A stretch of 61,102 nucleotides of DNA, filler included. It is 12 parts of 12 records of this genome, joined end to end, with 100 filler letters (N's around TTAATTAATTAA, not from the genome) between each part and the next. Parts side by side here need not be neighbours in the genome. Positions count along the whole stretch, not along the records: positions 10,654 to 14,884 come from SRR7504441_13016; positions 14,985 to 18,741 come from SRR7504441_13017; positions 18,842 to 23,192 come from SRR7504441_13024; positions 23,293 to 28,151 come from SRR7504441_13031; 8 more parts are not named here. One strand, given 5' to 3'. Below are positions 13,601 to 24,040 of the stretch, piece by piece. The notes under the pieces are model-generated. The model had not been told where the DNA came from. It ran no database searches and saw only the letters and a list, made by a program, of their open reading frames with translations. Positions within the stretch are counted from its first letter, which is position 1. Each line of letters starts with the position of its first letter. The position numbers were made by a program, and so were the translations under genes.

Positions 13601-14725
13601 CAGGTTGCATCTCGCCAGTTAAGCACAGCCACAACCCCGCCTTGACCTGCCCATCCGTTCATGAGTAGCCCGGCCAGCACTGCACCATCTTGCTCGTCTT
13701 GCAGCGCTCCAATATCCTGGCTGTAACCTATGGCCAGTGACTTGTGCCCGAGACTCAGGATGCACCTGCTGCTGCTCAAGCTTGCCTACCGCAGCCTCCG
13801 GGCACTCGAGCAGGCTCGCCAGCTGCTCTGGCCCCAGCTGGCCGGCTATCAGCGCCATCTTGCTGGCCTAGCTCACCAGAGCTACCAGTGGCGACACAAG
13901 CTTGGCAAGCGTTGGATCAGACCCAGTGATACTCGCTGCCGCACCCCCTTCCCCAGAGAGCACACGCTGCAGCCGCCACTCGGCCGCCCGCCGGATCTTC
14001 TCCTCACGCGGCAGCTCGGGTGCCCCGTCCAGCTGCTTGTTCCTGAATTCCCTCTCGAGTTGCTGTGCAAGGGCTTGTTCTGCCATCTGGTGCACACGGT
14101 CGGCTTCCAGCCGCTTTTGGTCCCGCATCTGCTTGTGCTGCCGTTGTTGCAGCTCAACCGTCTGGCACAACCATGGTCAGCGAGCCAACAGCCTTAGATC
14201 AGGCCGCCTGCTCGCGCTCCTGGCGCTCGCGCCTCTCCCGAGCGTACTCCAGCTCGCGCAGCGATGCAGTGCGCTCCCACTCAATCTCGGCCCGGCGCCG
14301 GCCAGTTGCCGTGCTCAACTCCAAAGCCGTCAGCCTAACCCGCTGGATCAGCCAGAGTCACCAGCGCAGCCACACCAATTGTGGGCCTGAGCTCGGGTGG
14401 GAGCCCGCAGGTGGTAGGTGCGCTGCTCGTTGTTCTTGTAAGACTGGATGAAGATGGTACAGTCCTCGACATCCTCCGTCATCAAGCCCACAGTGGCACT
14501 GTAAATGTCAATAGAGCCCTTGTGCTTGGCTGGCTTGCCACGCTCTGGCTCATAATAGTCGAGCTTGCCCTCCGCCAGCACGAACATGCGCTCCTGGAAC
14601 CCGCCGCCAAATAGCCCCAACACGGCTTCTCCGTCCTTCTGCAGCACCCCGCTCAACTCTGGGTACGGCAACTCGGCGCTTGACACGATGCCCGACCTCT
14701 GCCGAGGGCCGCTGCACTCGGCCAT
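10654..14725 (-). CDS. Multi-exon protein: PH domain, coiled coil, WW domain, then an unrecognised region (3'-truncated; may be two genes split at TAA 12815)
   Basis: PH: SGVLQKDG..FQERMFVLAEGKLDYY..KGSIDI..RTYHLRAPTRAQAHNW (14380-14660). WW-like: WWRQVTQEMNGQTQTYFYNVHTRVTQFTQP (about 12840-12935). Many 40-50 nt introns. A possible 75-nt GT-AG intron (12754-12828) would bypass the TAA at 12815-12817 and continue in frame into the downstream exons. Confidence 0.65.
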
Positions 14726-14884
14726 ACCCCACGTGCAGTGACCCCGTTGACCCCGACCGGGTACCGGCACCGCCGGTACCGGTACTGTAAAGACAACTGG
14801 AGGATCCGGAGTTAGGGTCCCTACTATATAGTGCACAAACCTTGTTTTTTTTTATTTTCTCAAATGTGGAGGGTCCCCTGTGTG

Positions 14885-14984
14885 NNNNNNNNNNNNNNNN
14901 NNNNNNNNNNNNNNNNNNNNNNNNNNNNTTAATTAATTAANNNNNNNNNNNNNNNNNNNNNNNNNNNNNNNNNNNNNNNNNNNN
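14885..14984. other. Artificial contig spacer
   Basis: Same 100-bp linker. Confidence 0.99.
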
Positions 14985-15053
14985 CCTCCCGGCTCGACGG
15001 GAACCCATCCAGCACAAACCTGCCACCAGCTCACCCCCACCCTGCTGGGCTGG

Positions 15054-15818
15054 CTACCCATTACACGCAGCGAGCGCCACCGACGAGCGCCGGGCCCGAG
15101 CGTAGTGCAGCAGGTTGGACAGCAGTCGACTCACCGGCCGGCACCGGGCCTGGCTCAGCTCCCGCGACTGGCCGTGCAACCCAAGATTGAGCACCACCAC
15201 CCGTCCACGCCGTGCAGGGCGAGCGCCTGGCTCGAGCTCAGCCACCAGCGGCACGCCGTCCTGCCAGCTGGCCAGCGCCTCGGCCCGGCTGCGCAGCTGC
15301 AGCTGGTGCCGGTGCAGACTGGTCGGCACCGCCCCCTCCGGCCGGGCCAGCTGGGCCACCCCGCGCGTCACCCCCGCGTCCGGCAGCAGGCGCAGGTCGG
15401 CCCCCGGCGCAAAGTCGTCCGGCCCGCAGGTGGTGGGCATGTCGGGCGAGTCGGCCAGCCGGCCCTTGAGCGTGCCCCCGGCCTGGTCGTCGCTCAGCAC
15501 AAACGGGGCGAGCACCACCCCGCCCCCGCAGCCCACGTACTCGTCGAGCGCGTCCCCCAGCCGGCCGGGGTCGGCCAGTGGGTGGGTGCCCATCAGCAGC
15601 ACCACGTCGTACCCGAGCAGCTGCTCCACCGCCGGCGAGCTCACGAACGCGTCCAGTCGGTCGACCGCCAGCCTGCCGCGCGCCTCCCCGGTCACAGCGT
15701 CGGCCAGCTGAGCCATCCGGGCATCGTCCTCCACCGCCGCGAGCAGCAGGACCCGGAGAGGCGCCCGCGCCTGAGACCCACCGCTTGCCGGCGGATCCGG
15801 CTCGGATGAGCCTTCCAT
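15054..15818 (-). CDS. Hypothetical protein, probable class-I glutamine-amidotransferase-like (ThuA-like) alpha/beta fold
   Basis: ORF from ATG 15818 with RVLLLAA..YDVVLL..LGDALDEYVGCGGGVVL..ASWQDGVPLVA..GRVVVLNL; no obvious catalytic Cys. Confidence 0.55.
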   Translation of the reverse strand: MEGSSEPDPPASGGSQARAPLRVLLLAAVEDDARMAQLADAVTGEARGRLAVDRLDAFVSSPAVEQLLGYDVVLLMGTHPLADPGRLGDALDEYVGCGGGVVLAPFVLSDDQAGGTLKGRLADSPDMPTTCGPDDFAPGADLRLLPDAGVTRGVAQLARPEGAVPTSLHRHQLQLRSRAEALASWQDGVPLVAELEPGARPARRGRVVVLNLGLHGQSRELSQARCRPVSRLLSNLLHYARARRSSVALAACNG

Positions 15819-15938
15819 GCCCCCGGGGCCCCTGGCCAGTGGCCACCGGAAGCTATATGGGGACACCTGCAGTCCTTTGCCGTTACTTTGGATATTGGCT
15901 GTTGCATTTCCCCGGAGTCGCCGTCTCGCCGACTTGAT

Positions 15939-17534
15939 ATGTCGCTTACCCTAGTCATCAGCGTGGCAGTGCTCGCGTCCGGGGCTATCGCGCAGGACGG
16001 GTGCAAGTCCTGGGACGGCAAGTGCGTCGCGCCCTACCCTGGCAACAGCTGGAACGCGCCCAAGATCCACCAATCGCCCGACTGCCTCCATCTGGGCGGA
16101 TGGCACGACGTCGCCGGTGCCCTGACCTACAAAGGCGAGCACCACGTGTTCCAGGGCTGCCCAGCCTCGTTCGGCTGGTCGCACTCGGCCTCGTCAGACC
16201 TGGTGCACTGGGAGGACCGCGGGCGGGGCGTTCACATGATCCACGAGACCGCCTTCGGGATGGACTCGACCTCCTGCGGGCCCTGCTCCGGGTTCGTCAC
16301 CGTGGACGACCAAGGCACCCCGTGCGCCGGCTTCCGCCAGTGCGGCTCAGACAAGGGCGCCACCGGGCTCAACCCGGCCGCGCACACGTGGGACGTGCCG
16401 ATGGAACTGAGGTGCGCTCAGAACGCCAACCTGACCCAGTGGGGTCCGAGTGAGTGGATCTATCCGGTCTATTACTACCGGGGGCTGCCGTACGACCCAG
16501 TCCGACCCTGGAAGGACACGGACGGCAAGTGGTATTCGTCGTATAGCACGGATGGATGCAACAGCACCACCAAGAAGAGACCGTGCGGCGCCGGAGGGCA
16601 GCTTGAGCTACTTGTGTCGCCCAGCCTGCACGGCGAGGGGATGAACTGGGTCCAGCTCGCACCGCTCTTCACCACCAACACCACCAAGTCCGGACTGGCC
16701 ACCAAGGTGGGCGCCATCAACGCGGAGTTCGTGACCAGTGGCTACTTTGGAGGGCTGGCTGGCGATCCGGATGGCGGCAAGACCCGGGTCGTAACTCAGA
16801 ACAACGCCGGGCCAACCTTCTGGGTGGGCACTCAAGAAGAGCCGGGCAAGCCGTTCGAGGCCTACTGGGACAAGGTTGGCGCAGTCGGGCACTATGATTA
16901 TGGCAGCTTGACCATGGCCAGAACCCTCGGCTCAGCGCCCAACCAAGTTGCCGAAAACGGGCGGCGTGTGCTGATCGGTTGGATTGGCGGCACACCGGCC
17001 AGCCAGTCGCTCGCCCGTGACCTTTCACTGAGCGCTACGTACGAGCTGCTCCAGGCATTCGTGCCCGAGCTCCAGGTGCTCCGACAGGCTGGCAGCGAGC
17101 AGCGCACTGCGGCTGGTCTGGCCGCCAACAGAATGGTGCCGCACAGCAAGGGCTCGCTCCAGATGGAGCTGGTTGCCTCATTCAGTTGGACTGGCCCAGC
17201 CCCCACCAGCACATTTGGGGTGTCAGTACTGGGTGGAATTGCGAATATTACAGTTGACTGCACCACCAAGGCGGTAGACGCACCGTGCATGGTCACCACC
17301 CCGGCCAGTGGGCCCATCCTCCCGCTGGGCAGCTCGACCGTGACAGTGCACGCGATACTGGACCACGAGATCCTCGAGACAATTGTCAACAATCGAACTG
17401 CAATGGTGACCTATCACAAGAATATACCGAGCGCCTCATCAACCGGAGTTTCCTTGTTTGGGCCCGAAGGGGTCAAGGCTGAGATACAGACCTGGTTTCT
17501 CGACTCGGCCAACAACGCAGGGCCTCAGCCGTGA
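15939..17534 (+). CDS. Secreted glycoside hydrolase family 32-like protein with divergent active-site motifs
   Basis: Signal peptide MSLTLVISVAVLASGAIA; GGWHDVAGALTYKGEHHVFQ, GWSHSASSDLVHWE, CSGFVTV, YDP, YDYG, GRRVLIGWI, SLARDL..LLQAFVPELQVLR, ILDHEILETIVNN; intronless. Confidence 0.85.
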   Translation: MSLTLVISVAVLASGAIAQDGCKSWDGKCVAPYPGNSWNAPKIHQSPDCLHLGGWHDVAGALTYKGEHHVFQGCPASFGWSHSASSDLVHWEDRGRGVHMIHETAFGMDSTSCGPCSGFVTVDDQGTPCAGFRQCGSDKGATGLNPAAHTWDVPMELRCAQNANLTQWGPSEWIYPVYYYRGLPYDPVRPWKDTDGKWYSSYSTDGCNSTTKKRPCGAGGQLELLVSPSLHGEGMNWVQLAPLFTTNTTKSGLATKVGAINAEFVTSGYFGGLAGDPDGGKTRVVTQNNAGPTFWVGTQEEPGKPFEAYWDKVGAVGHYDYGSLTMARTLGSAPNQVAENGRRVLIGWIGGTPASQSLARDLSLSATYELLQAFVPELQVLRQAGSEQRTAAGLAANRMVPHSKGSLQMELVASFSWTGPAPTSTFGVSVLGGIANITVDCTTKAVDAPCMVTTPASGPILPLGSSTVTVHAILDHEILETIVNNRTAMVTYHKNIPSASSTGVSLFGPEGVKAEIQTWFLDSANNAGPQP

Positions 17535-17691
17535 TCAATCAGGCACTCTGAACACTTGTGAAACTTGCATGTGTGTGCATGAAATTTTTACATTGAAGCC
17601 ACCTCGCCACCTCCATATCAAGAAGCAAATGAACGACGCGCCAACGGTTACCCTACGTGTCGCGTATCAGTGATAATTGAGAGATCAAGAT

Positions 17692-17729
17692 TGGTTTTGT
17701 ACAAGTAACTAATCACTTGTACAAAACCA
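17692..17729. repeat. Perfect 15-bp inverted repeat with 8-nt loop
   Basis: TGGTTTTGTACAAGT-aactaatc-ACTTGTACAAAACCA. Confidence 0.9.
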
Positions 17730-17964
17730 GCTTAGTTCAATTTAATATATACATCACGACATCAATTGAGTTCAATACTAGTAATGAAAGTACATGTACA
17801 TGTACGGCACCATCACAAAATTTCGTTAACAATTCGTGTAGCTACGCAGTAATGGTTCAAAGAAGACCGTTACAATGATTACGTATGCAGTGATCAATGT
17901 TCACATCTAATTCACAGGCATCATGCTTGATGCTTGATTGGCGCGGCAAAGCGGGCAAACAACT

Positions 17965-18741
17965 CTAAAGTCCCTCGTTGAAACGCAAAACGAAGCGAAA
18001 GGCAAACGAGGCGTCCTCCGGTGCAAACGGATACCAGAAGATGTAGTTTACGCTCCACAAATTGTTCCAAAGCGAGAAGGCAACGCCGTCTTTCGGTTTT
18101 GGAAGCATCCCAGGGAATGAGTAAAGGTCCATATTCTCCGCGGGTCCTGGTGAGACTAGGCCAGCATCGAGCGAGAGCACCCGCAGTTGCTTGCTTGACG
18201 CCTTCTCTGTGAACAAGACTCCTTGCTCGTCCCCGACTGCGTGCAGCGTACGGCTCCCGTTGACCAGCATGTCTGACGGATCCACCATTGAGCCCAGCTT
18301 CTCAATTCGCAGCGTGGCCTCGCTTGAGGAGATCAAAGGCCGGAACTCGAACCTGCCGCGCAGTCACAGGCCTGCAGAACCAGGCACTCACCACCCCTCC
18401 TCCGGTAATCTGGAGGTCGTTTTGTCGTACACAGCAAGAGTCATTTGCAGCCCTTCCGCCTGCGACGGCAATGACAGCGACAGCTGCAGAGCGCGGGGCC
18501 CTCCATACACTTCGGAGATGAACGTAGGTGGCACCAGCTGGGCAATAATAGTCGTGTCATTTGCATGCATCGAACTAATTTTGGCATAGCTTGTGGTTTC
18601 GTTTGCCGTGGCACTCGTCACACCAAGTTTCTCGAAGCAGCGCGGGCCCCAAGTCGCATCACTGTATTTGTAGTGATCCCAAAACTGCTCACCGGCGTCG
18701 TTGCTCCTGGAGCGATAGACAAAACGTCCGAGGGGGTTGGC
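17965..18741 (-). CDS. C-terminal part of a DUF5054-like (putative glycosidase) protein, 5'-truncated
   Basis: After removing intron 18353-18391: YGGPR..DKTTSRLPEEGWFEFRP..KLGSMVDP..VNGSRTLHAV..SLDAGLVSPG..GVAFSLWNNLWSVNYIFWYPF..FRF. Confidence 0.7.
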
Positions 18742-18841
18742 NNNNNNNNNNNNNNNNNNNNNNNNNNNNNNNNNNNNNNNNNNNNTTAATTAATTAANNN
18801 NNNNNNNNNNNNNNNNNNNNNNNNNNNNNNNNNNNNNNNNN
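18742..18841. other. Artificial contig spacer
   Basis: Same 100-bp linker. Confidence 0.99.
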
Positions 18842-18861
18842 CAAGTGGATCGCTCCGGCGC

Positions 18862-19315
18862 CTAGCTCGCCGCGTCCCACGCAGCCAGGCCACGAGCACG
18901 GTGGTTGAAGGTCATCAGCGATGCCGCACCCACCGACTTCTCGTAGGGCCTGTGCAGGCCACGACTGAGGTCAGCCCACCCTGCGGCTGTCACCGCTCGG
19001 CACACTCTCGCTTCGCAAATACGGGCAGCAACTTGCCCCCGGAAGTGGCGGTGCCAAACACACACAGCGCCATCCCAGCAAAGCACTCGGCGACCACCTG
19101 CGCCCGATGAGGGAACTAGCAGCAGACGCGTTGAGCGCACGTTCCAAGGTGCGGAGGTGAACTGCATGTCCAGCGCCTTCAGCTCAGTCCGGTCTGGCCA
19201 GGCAAGAGCAAAGATCAGACCACGACCCACTAGGGCGCATACATTTCATTATGGCCAGCGCAGCGTGCACGATCATCGCCAGTCCTGCCACCAACAGCGC
19301 GGTGCCGGACCCCAT
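18862..19315 (-). CDS. EMC5: ER membrane protein complex subunit 5 / MMGT1 family (4 exons, about 105 aa)
   Basis: Introns 19194-19242, 19098-19140 and 18950-18993 give MGSGTALLVAGLAMIVHAALAIMKYRTELKALDMQFTSAPWNVVAECFAGMALCVFG..SLMTFNHRARGL: two TM segments plus the HAA and FNHR hallmarks. The ORF track does not recover this spliced product. Confidence 0.85.
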
Positions 19316-19797
19316 CTTTCTCACGCGTGCCGGTCGACGCGGGTCTCTATTTTAACGGAAGAGTTGAGTGTGAATCGTTGTCTACTGAAATCGTAGTCTA
19401 CGTACGTATTGTAGGCTGTACTCACGAGTGTACCATACTCGTAATCAGTTCATGAATGTGCAATCATGACTATAATGGAGTCTCACCGAACTCAAGAGTG
19501 AGAGACATGTAAGAGACATGATTGTAACAGTGTTGTTACAGTGTAATTCGATACTTTATTGATTTCCATGTATTGCCACTCGCTACGAGCAGGACACCAA
19601 CGAAATCCAACATAACAGTTAGTTGAACATAAATAGCTTGGCTATCTTACATGTACGAATTATGCAACGTCGATTCCTTTTGGTAATGTTCGACAGCAAG
19701 CTTGCAGGTTTGAGTGTCCTGAGCAAAAGCAGCATTTGATACGTATGTAAGCATTTGATATAGCATCACTTATCACGAATTGGCTGTGGTGGCACAT

Positions 19798-22700
19798 CTA
19801 GTAGTACGTCCACCTTTCGATTATGCCCTTGTTCTCTGGCCAGTCCGGATTTGTCCTCCTCTCCTTCCGCAGCAGCCACTTACGAACCTCGTCAAAGACC
19901 CAGATCAGGAAAGCAAAAGGCATTCCGTAGCACCACATGACAAACTCGAGATCCTTCGTGTTGAAGGCTTGCTGCAATGGGGGCAGGTAGACCAGCACGA
20001 TTGCAAGAAGGGTCTCTTCCAAGATACCAATATTGAGAATCCAGTTCCACATGCCCTGCTGGAAGATCGAGTTCTCACGAGTCTTGCAAATAATAACATC
20101 AGCCCACTGCGCAACGACAATGGAGACCAAGAAAGCAGTCTGAGCTTTCCGAAGCACCTCCATGCGGTTGTCGTAATTCATCCCAGCCACGACAGCAGTG
20201 TCGGAGTCGACGTAATCAAATCCATTCCCAGCAATGTCGCCATAGTGAATGCCATAGTAGTCAAACACGAGAAAGTAGCAGGCAAAGCCTGACGCAGCTT
20301 GGATCATACCTATGAGACCATATGCCATGAAGATCAGCTTGGTATTCACAAGGCGGTCGTGTGCTTTATCCCGAGGGGCGCGCTTCATGATGCCTCCCTC
20401 TGCCTCCTCGTAGGCAAGTGAAATAGCTGGCAACATGTCGGTACCAAGATCAATGCAGAGGATCATAATGGTTTCGAGTGGAATGGGGATCTGCAGGACA
20501 ATCATCATCAAGAATGGTGTAATTTCTGGAATGTTGGAAGTAAGGGTGTAAGCAATGGACTTCTTGAGATTGTCGAAAATCAGACGGCCCTGCTCGATGC
20601 CTTTCACAATTGACGCAAAGTTGTCATCAAGAAGAATCATGTCAGCATTCTCCTTAGCAACATCAGCACCAGCAATGCCCATAGCAATACCACAGTCTGC
20701 AGCCTTGAGTGCCGGCGAATCATTGACACCGTCACCAGTGACAGCAATCACCTGGGGCTGATTCTTTTTCTCTTCCTCCCTTTCTACCAGCATTTCCATT
20801 TTCGCCTTGATGGTCTCCTTTGTCCATGTTTGCGTATTCCCATCTTCATCCAAGTATGTGATGTCTCCATTCAGCTTCCTGGCAATCTCTTCCAAACGAA
20901 CAGGAAGCATCAGGTGGGTCTTGTTCCTGAATGTCATTGTTTCGTGTGTGAAAGCTCTTTCTCCCATCTCAGCCTTTGCATCCTCGCCACTCTGCCAAAT
21001 TTCTTCAATGTCGTCTTCAAATTTCCGGCCTGTCACTTTCTTACCCTGTGCAATGCATGCCTGCCTGTATTCTTGTTTGCTTTGTGCAGTCCGTGCATCT
21101 TGCTCCTCGTATTGCACCAGCAACTCTCTGGACTTCTGCTGCATAGTTTCAGGATCCATGTCCAAGAACGCAAGGCAGGCCTTCAACTGATCGATAGCTT
21201 CGTTATTGAGCTCGTGTAGTTTCTTCATGTTGTTCACAATTTCCTTCTTCTGCTCAGGCTGAGTACGAGCAAAGACCAACTCCTTCATGCGCAGAGAGTA
21301 ACGCCAGTCATCATCGTTGAACTGGTGGATGGTTGGTCCAAAGACTGCAAGAGCTTTCACCTTTCTGTACCTTGGCTCAAGGCCAAACCAGTCATGATGG
21401 TTGAAAGACGCAAACATGTCTTCCTCTTTGATGAGGTCTGGGTCTAGATGTGCTTTCAGCCTCTCCTCACGCTCATACTCACGCCAGGTGTTGCCCTGGA
21501 TAATACCAATCCGAGTTGCAATCGACTTGGCTGTCAGTGGGTGATCACCAGTAACCATCACCACTTGGATTGAGGCAGAGCGACACTCTGAAATTGCATC
21601 AGGCACCTGGAGGCGCGGCGGGTCGACCAGTGAAATCATGCCAAGGTAAGTCCACATGTATTGGAATCGGGTGTCGTCTCCATCCAAACCCAACCTCTCA
21701 GAAATGTCGGGATCATCAAAATCAAACTTGAAGGCACCGGCTTCAGATCTACAGATCTTAGCATCGAGAAGGTCTTGTTTCTTGGCAACCATGTGTGCAA
21801 ATGCCAAGACACGTTCACCCTGGGAGGCTAGATCACGCTGCCAGTGGCCCAGTGTATTGCAGTCTGCATCCTTCATGAGCCCTTGCATTTGTGCCTCACG
21901 GGCATCCTTTGTTATGGCCGTTTTGTCTGAAAACAGGTCAGCACCAAAGATTTCCTCTGGAACGCTTGTTTTCCATCCGTCAAAGAGACCATCTGCACCT
22001 TCACCATCCACTGTATCAGCGGCCACCTTGCTGACCTGATAGTTCATGATGCGCCTGTGCTTCAGCATTTTCTCATCGATGAGGTCTTCTGGGTTCAACT
22101 GTTCCTTGCCTTTGACAAGATCCTCTTGTGTCTGCATTTTACCATTGAGCATTGAAAAGTAAACCTGAGGGGCAGTTTGCTTACCATCGACCAATGCGGT
22201 GCAGCACTTCTGTGCGACCCTTTCTGCAGCACCTTTCATCATGAAGACGACATAGTCATCATCAGAATTTGCATCAAGCCCTGCTGTCTCCAGAAGCTCC
22301 CGGCGCTCTTTCTCGTTCAACCCACCACAACCGGCAGCTGGCACCTGATGCACTGTAACCATGAACTTGTTGGCGCTGTTGAAAGGAAGCTGGTCGAGCT
22401 GTTGCCATTGTGTACGATACTTGACCATGTACGAACCATCATGCTCGTAGTCGAGCACGAGTGCTGCCTCGCGTTCATCCTGGGCAGTGATGGCGTTGTA
22501 CAATGAATGTGTCTCGCGCTCACCAAACTTCATAAGTCCTGCATCAGTAGCATTACCATCCTTGGAAGCGCGGAATGTCATATCTGGATTGCGCCAGCGC
22601 ATCTCTTCATCCTCACCTTTGGTCCACCAGGCTTGATCGTCAGCCATCCTGTCTTTCACTTCCTTGTAAGGTACTGGTTCGCCAGTAGTTTTGTCGTAAG

Positions 22701-23192
22701 GCACATAATGGTAATATTTGCCATACTCCTTTTCCTTGACATCATTACCACCTGCGCTCTCTTCGTCGGTCTCTGAGGGCCACATCTCCCACTTGGCAAA
22801 CTTCTCCTCGCATTTCGCAAACCTTGCAGATCCACACAAGCCAGCACACCGGCGAAGGGCTGAGAATGTCTTGTGCTCCGCGCTGTATGCCATGCCGCCC
22901 TGTTGTGCAGCTAGCTCAGTATCCACGGCCCGCAGCTTGTAGTCGTAGATGGCGTGATTGGCACTCATCCGGTTCTGTGTCAGGGTTCCAGTCTTGTCTG
23001 AAGCAATGGTTGTGATGGAGCCAAGAGTCTCAATTGTCTCCATGTTCTTCACCAAAACAGCGTGTGTCGCCATGGTTTTTGCAGTCAGGGTCAGGGCGAC
23101 TGTGACTGTGGCAAGAAGCCCTTCTGGCACATTTGCAACAATGATACCAATCATGAACACCAGAGCATCCACAATCCCGTAATTGGGAATAG
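19798..23192 (-). CDS. ATP1A: Na+/K+-ATPase alpha subunit (P-type IIC), 5'-truncated, with large cytoplasmic insertions
   Basis: IIVANVPEGLLATVTV, DKTGTLT, MVTGDHPLTA, TGDGVNDSPALK, YTLTSNIPEITPF, CIDLGTDMLPAISLAYE, QWADVIICKTR and C-terminal TYY. M5 reads TSNIPE (Na/K type), not TKNIPE (H/K type). Confidence 0.95.
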
Positions 23193-23292
23193 NNNNNNNN
23201 NNNNNNNNNNNNNNNNNNNNNNNNNNNNNNNNNNNNTTAATTAATTAANNNNNNNNNNNNNNNNNNNNNNNNNNNNNNNNNNNNNNNNNNNN
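23193..23292. other. Artificial contig spacer
   Basis: Same 100-bp linker. Confidence 0.99.
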
Positions 23293-23474
23293 TGACATCA
23301 TCTAACGTCATGATCATCTCTACGTAACGTTGCTCTCACTCGTACAGTATGGTCGCGCAAGCTTGAGTTCATAAAGCTCGCAGCCATACAGTGAGCTTAC
23401 AGTGAGCTGGACCACGATCACCGGTCAGCTGCCGGTACCATAAGCAGTTAACCAAGCGGACGGGACGAGGCGAG

Positions 23475-23927
23475 ATGGCGGGTCCATTGGAGGAGATGGC
23501 TGGCAACCTGATTTACGTGTTTATCTTTGCCGTCTTGGGCCTTGGGGCCGCTGCAGTGCTAGCCGGTATCTATGGCACCTCTCTGGTGGTCATGGGGGTC
23601 ATCACTCACGGAGCCATAAACATTGTGGACGACCTCGTGTGTGTAGGTCTGGCGCTGGCGCCGTGGGGGCTCTGCTGGCGTGCAGCCCGGCCGGTGCCGG
23701 TCGGGCATCATATCACGTGGTATATCTTCGCCACCGGCTTCGGGCTGACTGGACTCTCGATGGCCGCCGCTCTGCCGCCGTTCGAGCTAAAGTCGATTGC
23801 GATGAGTCTGGTGCTCAGCGGGCTCTCCGCAGCAGCCGCGTATGCGTATGCCTTTCCAGCCGGCGCACGGCCTTCGCTGGGGGAGGTGCTCACGGCTTCG
23901 GTGCCCAAGCAATCTAAGAAGACCTAG
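23475..23927 (+). CDS. Hypothetical polytopic membrane protein (150 aa, about 4 TM)
   Basis: ATG-initiated ORF with several hydrophobic segments and a Lys-rich tail (QSKKT), flanked by AT-richer DNA. Confidence 0.65.
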   Translation: MAGPLEEMAGNLIYVFIFAVLGLGAAAVLAGIYGTSLVVMGVITHGAINIVDDLVCVGLALAPWGLCWRAARPVPVGHHITWYIFATGFGLTGLSMAAALPPFELKSIAMSLVLSGLSAAAAYAYAFPAGARPSLGEVLTASVPKQSKKT

Positions 23928-24040
23928 TACGGCCCGGCGCGTGCAGGGCAGCTACAATAGGATGCTCGCAATGTTATTACTTGTCTTACAATGTCTAGTC
24001 TAATTCTTTATTGAAAGATAGCTAAATTCGAATCACTGCA

